Source: Eledone cirrhosa (Eukaryota). Taken from it: DNA of 64,000 bases. Shown here in pieces: positions 57,168-64,000 of this stretch. Below the pieces are notes generated by a model. The model did not search any database. It was not told the origin of the DNA and saw nothing but the letters and a program-made list of their open reading frames with translations. A program made the translations under genes and the position numbers. Positions within the stretch are counted from its first letter, which is position 1, and each line of letters opens with the position of its first letter. Location: the NCBI GenBank assembly GCA_964016885.1, contig OZ024756.1, positions 14,880,001-14,944,000 on the forward strand, written 5' to 3'.

Positions 57168-57850
57168 AAAGGGGAGGGCCAGCAGCTGACAATAAATGTA
57201 GGCTATGTAAAACAAAGATCGAGGATGTAAGCCACATTGTTGCCAGCTGCGAAAGAATGTCATCTCGCTACTACCTCCCCATGAGACACGATGGGATAGT
57301 TAGACCCATCTGGAACGCACTTCGGAAAACAAAATTAACAACAAACGAGGAAGAATATATTGAGACAGATGGCACTAAGGAATACTGGTGGAACCTAAAA
57401 ATAAAAACTGCCACCAAATTAAAACACAACCGGCCTGATATTGTTGTTTGGGACCACACATTGAAAACGTGTTCTGTTGTGGAGATCAGCTGCCCACTTG
57501 ATGTAAAAGTTGTCAGAAAAATACAGGAGAAGGAGGACATCTATGGACCATTGATGAGGAGTTTACAAATCCAGTATCCAAGATACACCTTTAGCTTCAT
57601 ACCCATCATTATTGGAGCTACGGGTTATATACCAACCAGCTTGGACCAAAGTATGACTGAACTTGGATTTGCGGACAAAGAGCGCAGCTCCCTAATTCAT
57701 AGTCTACAAATGGCTGCGATAGCTGGCCCCTTCAAAATTTGCAAAACATTCTTGCGATTCAAAGGATAACAATTTCTTTTCTTTTACAACCTTGCCACCA
57801 GGAAGGTGGCCAGTCAAAAAAATATACTCGAAATTCAGAGAAAGAGATAA
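57168..57850 (+). mobile_element. 3' part of an RLE-type (R4/Dong-like) LINE in (CATA)n
   Basis: CRLC..HIVASC (CCHC), RHD, NRPDIVVWD, EISCP, K..IY; frame open to the stop at 57769. Confidence 0.85.
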
Positions 57851-57876
57851 CATACATACATACATACATACATACA

Positions 57877-57911
<35 letters not shown>

Positions 57912-57915
57912 GTAC

Positions 57916-57951
<36 letters not shown>

Positions 57952-58157
57952 ACATACATACATATATGTACATACATACATATATATATGTACATACATA
58001 CATATATATATGTACATACATACATATATATATGTACATACATACATATATCTACATACATACATATATATATTTACATACATACATACATATATATATA
58101 TATGTACATACTTACATATATATATATGTATGTAAGTATGTACATATATATATTTAC

Positions 58158-58189
<32 letters not shown>

Positions 58190-58739
58190 GTACATACTTA
58201 CATATATATATATATGTATGTAAGTATGTACATATATATATATACATACATACATATATATATATGTATGTACATACATACATATATATATATATTTACA
58301 TACATACATATGTACACACATACATATATGTACATACATACATATATGTACATACATATATATATATGTACATACATACATATATATGTACATACATACA
58401 TACATATTATATGTACATACATACATACATATATATATATATAAATGTACATACATATATATATATATAAATGTACATACATATATATATATGTACATAT
58501 AAATATATATATATGTACATATAAATATATATATATATGTACATATATATATGTACATACATATATATATATGTACGTACATATATATATGTACATACAT
58601 ATATATATGTGTACATACATATATATGTACGTACATATATACGTACATACATACGTACATACATACATACATACATACATACATACATACATACATACAT
58701 ACATACATACATACATACATACATACATACATACATACA

Positions 58740-58775
<36 letters not shown>

Positions 58776-58779
58776 TATA
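57851..58779. repeat. (TACA)n/(TA)n microsatellite field
   Basis: Direct reading. Confidence 0.95.
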
Positions 58780-58972
58780 AATTGCTGAAGACTTGAAGCT
58801 GTGCCACTCAATTTAAAAAAAGTTGTGAGCTTCACCAGATCAACAGATCATTGAGTGATACAGCTTCAAGTGTTCCGCAATTTTTAGACAACTTAATCAG
58901 TGAAACAATTGTTAATACTGTAAATAAACCCTTTTTTGTACTGTTGACCCTGTTATTCTTCACTCTTTCAAT
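58780..58972. mobile_element. Inverted, truncated copy of the 44810-44975 element
   Basis: 58780-58846 is colinear with 44899-44965; 58850-58972 is the reverse complement of 44808-44931. Confidence 0.75.
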
Positions 58973-59335
58973 ATATATATATATATATATTTTTTTTTTT
59001 ATATAGTTAATTATGCTAATTGGGAGAAGAAATAGTATATATTTTATCTTGTGATTCTATAGACATGTTTTATGATATATAGCTCTGATTGTTTAATTTA
59101 TTAATTTTTCATTGAGCGACAAAGTGAGCAGTTGCAAAACACGTATATGTATGTGTATGTATATATATATGTAAACTTTTATATATATATGTCTATATAT
59201 ATATGTATATATATATGTATGTATATATATGTATATATATATGTAAACTTTTATATATATATATGTATATATATATCTATATATATATATATGTATATAT
59301 ATATGTCTATATATATATATGTATATATATATGTC

Positions 59336-59370
<35 letters not shown>

Positions 59371-59401
59371 GTATGTATATATATGTATATATATATGTAT
59401 G

Positions 59402-59476
<75 letters not shown>

Positions 59477-59611
59477 GTATATATATATATATAGTTATGT
59501 ATATATATACACATACAGACGCACATACATACATTCGTAATACGTATAGACTGGGCAAGTCGATAACACACACACGTATGTATACACACGTTCACATACA
59601 CACACACACAC

Positions 59612-59645
<34 letters not shown>

Positions 59646-59681
59646 TCACGCCGATGTTTTATTTTTCTTGGTGCAATACTT

Positions 59682-59701
<20 letters not shown>

Positions 59702-59719
<18 letters not shown>

Positions 59720-60612
59720 AAGACAGAGAGGGGGGACGGGAGAGAGAGAAAGAGCGGGAGAGAGAGAGAAAGGGCGGGAGAGAGAGAGAAAGAGCGGGAG
59801 AGAGAGAGAAAGAGCGGGAGAGAGAGAAAGAGCGGGAGAGAGAGAAAGAGCGGGAGAGAGATAGAAAGAACGGGAGAGAGATAGAAAGAACGGGAGAGAG
59901 AGAGAAAGAGCAGGGAGAGAGAGAAAGAGCAGGGAGAGAGAGAAAGAGCGGGGAGAGAGAGAAAGAACGGGATAGAGAGAGAAAGAACGGGAGAGAGAGA
60001 GAAAGAGCGGGCGAGAGAGAGAGAGAAAGAGCGGGAGAGAGAGCGGGAGAGAGAGAAAGAGCGGGAGAGAGAGAGAAAGAGCGGGAGAGAGATAAAGAGC
60101 GGGAGAGAGAGAGCGGGAGAGACAGAGAAAGAGCGTGAGAAAGTGAGAGCAGGAGAGAAGAAGCGTGAGAGAGAGTGAGTGAGAGAGTGGTAGAGAAAGA
60201 ACAGGAGAGAGAAAGAGCGGGAGAGAGAGAGAAGGAGCGGGGGAGAGAGAGAGAAGGAGCGGGAGAGAGAGAGAAAGAGCGTGAGAAAGTGAGAGCAGGA
60301 GAGAAGAAGCGTGAGAGAGAGTGAGTGAGAGAGTGGTAGAGAAAGAACAGGAGAGAGAGAGCGGGAGAGAGAGAGAAAGAGCTGGAGAGAGAGAGAAAGA
60401 GCGTGAGAAAGTGAGAGCAGGAGAGAAGAAGCGTGAGAGAGAGTGAGTGAGAGAGTGGTAGAGAAAGAACAGGAGAGAGAAAGAGCGGGAGAGAGAGAGA
60501 AGGAGCGGGAGAGAGAGAGAAGGAGCGGGAGAGAGAGTGAGAGAAGGAGTGGGAGAGAGAGAGGAGCGGGAGAGAGAGAGAGAGAAGGAGTGGGAGAGAG
60601 AGAGAGGAGTGG

Positions 60613-60647
<35 letters not shown>

Positions 60648-60822
60648 TGAAGGAGCGGGAGAGAGAGAGAGAGAGAGAGAAGGAGCTGGAGAGAGAGAGA
60701 GAGAGAAGGAGTGTGAGAGAGAGAGAGAGTGAAGGAGTGTGAGAGAGAGAGAGAGTGAAGGAGTGTGAGAGAGAGAGAGAGTGAAGGAGCGGCAGAGAGA
60801 GAGAGAGTGAAGGAGCGGCAGG

Positions 60823-60877
<55 letters not shown>

Positions 60878-60927
60878 AGCGGCAGGGAGAGAGAGAAGGA
60901 GCGGTAGGGAGAGAGAGAAGGAGCTGC

Positions 60928-60966
<39 letters not shown>

Positions 60967-61254
60967 GAGCGAGAGAGCGAGAGAGAGAGAGAGAAGGAGC
61001 GGCAGGGAGGGAATAATCACTTATGAAAAATTAAACAGATTAACTCTCTCTCTCAATCAATCTCCTCCTTTCTCTCCCTCTCTCTCTTTCTATTACTATC
61101 CTCCCTTCTCTTTCTCACACTCTCTATCCATCCTTCTCTCTCTCACACTCTCACTTTCTCTCTATCACTATCCTCTCTACCCTCTCTCTCTGTATCACTA
61201 TCCTCCCTACTCTCTCTCTCTCTCTCACACTCACTCTCTCTATCACTATCCTCC

Positions 61255-61291
<37 letters not shown>

Positions 61292-61561
61292 CTATCCTCC
61301 CTACTCTCTCTCCCACACTATCCTCCCTTCTCTCTTTCTCTCACACACTCACATTCTCTTTCTATCACTATCGTCCCTTCTCTCTCTCTCTCCCACACAC
61401 TCTCTCCCTATCACTATCCTCCCTACTCTCTCTCTCACACACACACGTTCTCTCTATCACTATCCTCCCTACTCTCTCTCTCTCTCTCACACACGTTCTC
61501 TCTATCACTATCCTCCCTACTCTCTCTCTCTCACTATCCTCCCTTCTCACACACACACACT

Positions 61562-61600
<39 letters not shown>
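59702..61600. repeat. Polypurine (GA-rich) minisatellite followed by a polypyrimidine (CT-rich) minisatellite
   Basis: gagagaaagagcggga-like units to about 61010; ctctatcactatcctccctact-like units at 61040-61600. Confidence 0.95.
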
Positions 61601-61603
<3 letters not shown>

Positions 61604-61740
61604 CACACTCCTCCCTCCTGTCTAACAGACAGCCTCAGCAGACGATACACAGCTCAGCAATATCGTCTGTAACAGTTGTTAGCCCTCATCCCGCTCATAC
61701 TAACTACTTCCCTATAATTCCTTAATACATATTTAATCTT

Positions 61741-61809
61741 TATACACACACAGACACACATATATATATATACACACACACACACACATATATACACACA
61801 CACACACAG

Positions 61810-61850
<41 letters not shown>

Positions 61851-61884
61851 CACATACACACACACACATATATATATATACACT

Positions 61885-61932
<48 letters not shown>

Positions 61933-61983
61933 TATATATATATACACACACACATATATATACACACACACACACACTTATAT

Positions 61984-62019
<36 letters not shown>

Positions 62020-62042
62020 GTGTGTGTGTGAGTGTGTCTGTG

Positions 62043-62081
<39 letters not shown>

Positions 62082-62086
62082 TTGTG

Positions 62087-62126
<40 letters not shown>

Positions 62127-62270
62127 CATATATATATACATACATATATATATATATACATACATATATATATACATACATACATATATACATACATACA
62201 TATATACATACATACATATATACATATATGTGTGTGTCTGTGTATATATATATCTGTGTGTGTGTATGTG

Positions 62271-62362
<92 letters not shown>

Positions 62363-62368
62363 TGTGTA

Positions 62369-62410
<42 letters not shown>

Positions 62411-62495
62411 AATATACATATATATGTGTGTGTATGTATATATATATATATATGTATATATATGTGTGTGTGTGTGTGTATATATATAGATATAG

Positions 62496-62537
<42 letters not shown>

Positions 62538-62653
62538 CAATAAACAATGTATTCTAAATTGTTTAAAATACGATACTGGAAGAACGATTTTAAATTTTAC
62601 TTCATCACCAAATTTGTTTAATGCCAGGTCTTGTGTGTGTGTATATACAAATA

Positions 62654-62701
<48 letters not shown>

Positions 62702-62766
62702 CGTGTGTATGTGTGTATACACAAATATGCATATATATATGTGTGTGTGTGTATATACAAATATGC

Positions 62767-62797
<31 letters not shown>

Positions 62798-62857
62798 CGT
62801 GTGTATGTGTGTATACACAAATATGCATATAGATATGTGTGTGTGTATACACAAATA

Positions 62858-62945
<88 letters not shown>

Positions 62946-63391
62946 AGCACAAATATGCATATATGTGTGTATATGTGTGTGAGCACAAATATGCATATAT
63001 GTGTGTATATGTGTGTGAGTGTGTACACAAATATGCATATATATGTGTGTATGTGTGTGTATACACAAATATGCATATATATACGTGTGTGTGTGTACAC
63101 AAATATGCATATTTATGTGTGTGTGTGTATGCACAAATATGCGTGTGTGTGTGTATGTGTGTGCATATACACAAATATGCATTTATATGTGTGTGTATGT
63201 GTACACACATGTGTGTGTATACACAAATATATGCGTGTATGTGGGGGTGTGTATATGTGTGTGTGTATGTGTGTCTGTATGTGTGTGTGTATGTGTGTAT
63301 GTGTGTTCTGTTGATAAAAAGAGAAAGAGCAAGAAAGAGATGCAGAGAGGGGGAAGACGGGGGAAGAGAGAAAGAGAGAGAGAGGACGTGA

Positions 63392-63446
<55 letters not shown>

Positions 63447-63776
63447 ATGTATCTGTACATGTGTGTGCGTGTACATGTGTGTGTGTACATGTGTGTGTGT
63501 GTACATGTGTGTCTGCATGTTTGTCCAGCCCGTTACATGTTCGCACATAACACGCAGACACTGTGTGTGCGTGTTATGTGCATACGCATTCAGAGAAACA
63601 TACTCACGTACACACAGATATACATATGTGTGTGTGCACACACAGATATGTGTATGTGCACACATACACACATATATATCTGTGTACTCATACACACATA
63701 TGTATATCTGTATATACACACACACACGTATATCTGTGTGCGCGCGTGATCAGTAGCCCATACATATATATACACA

Positions 63777-63852
<76 letters not shown>

Positions 63853-64000
63853 GCTAGCAGTCCATATACGCACATATGATATGCACGCTCACACACTAGC
63901 CACCAGCCCTACCCGCATACACACACAAACACACACACACATACATACATTACACACATACATACAGCTCCCCACACACACACACCACCACCACCACACT
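61741..64000. repeat. (CA)/(TA)/(TG) microsatellites with tacacaaatatgca minisatellite units
   Basis: Direct reading. Confidence 0.9.

Overview
AT-rich, repeat-saturated eukaryotic DNA. The microsatellite load and SINE types suggest a coleoid cephalopod, probably an octopod (inference). No host protein-coding gene can be supported with confidence, and nearly all ORFs in the track are microsatellite artefacts. The window is a mosaic of (TA)n/(CA)n-type repeats, minisatellites, tRNA-derived SINEs, Tc1/mariner-type MITEs, a Helitron-like element, and fragments of CR1/L2-like, RTE, R4/Dong and CRE LINEs. It also holds a 5'-truncated Penelope-like element (RT plus C-terminal GIY-YIG). The main hidden signal is about 30 type I hammerhead ribozyme (HHR) motifs found by eye, from roughly 14 sequence families. 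Most lie in short non-coding elements inserted in (TA)n, often as long near-perfect palindromes with a one-sided tail. Many have palindromic stem III. Several have atypical features: a 50-79 nt stem II domain, U3-A8 covariation, or a U-U pair at the base of stem II. All ribozyme calls come from manual motif and pairing inspection, not folding software or activity data.
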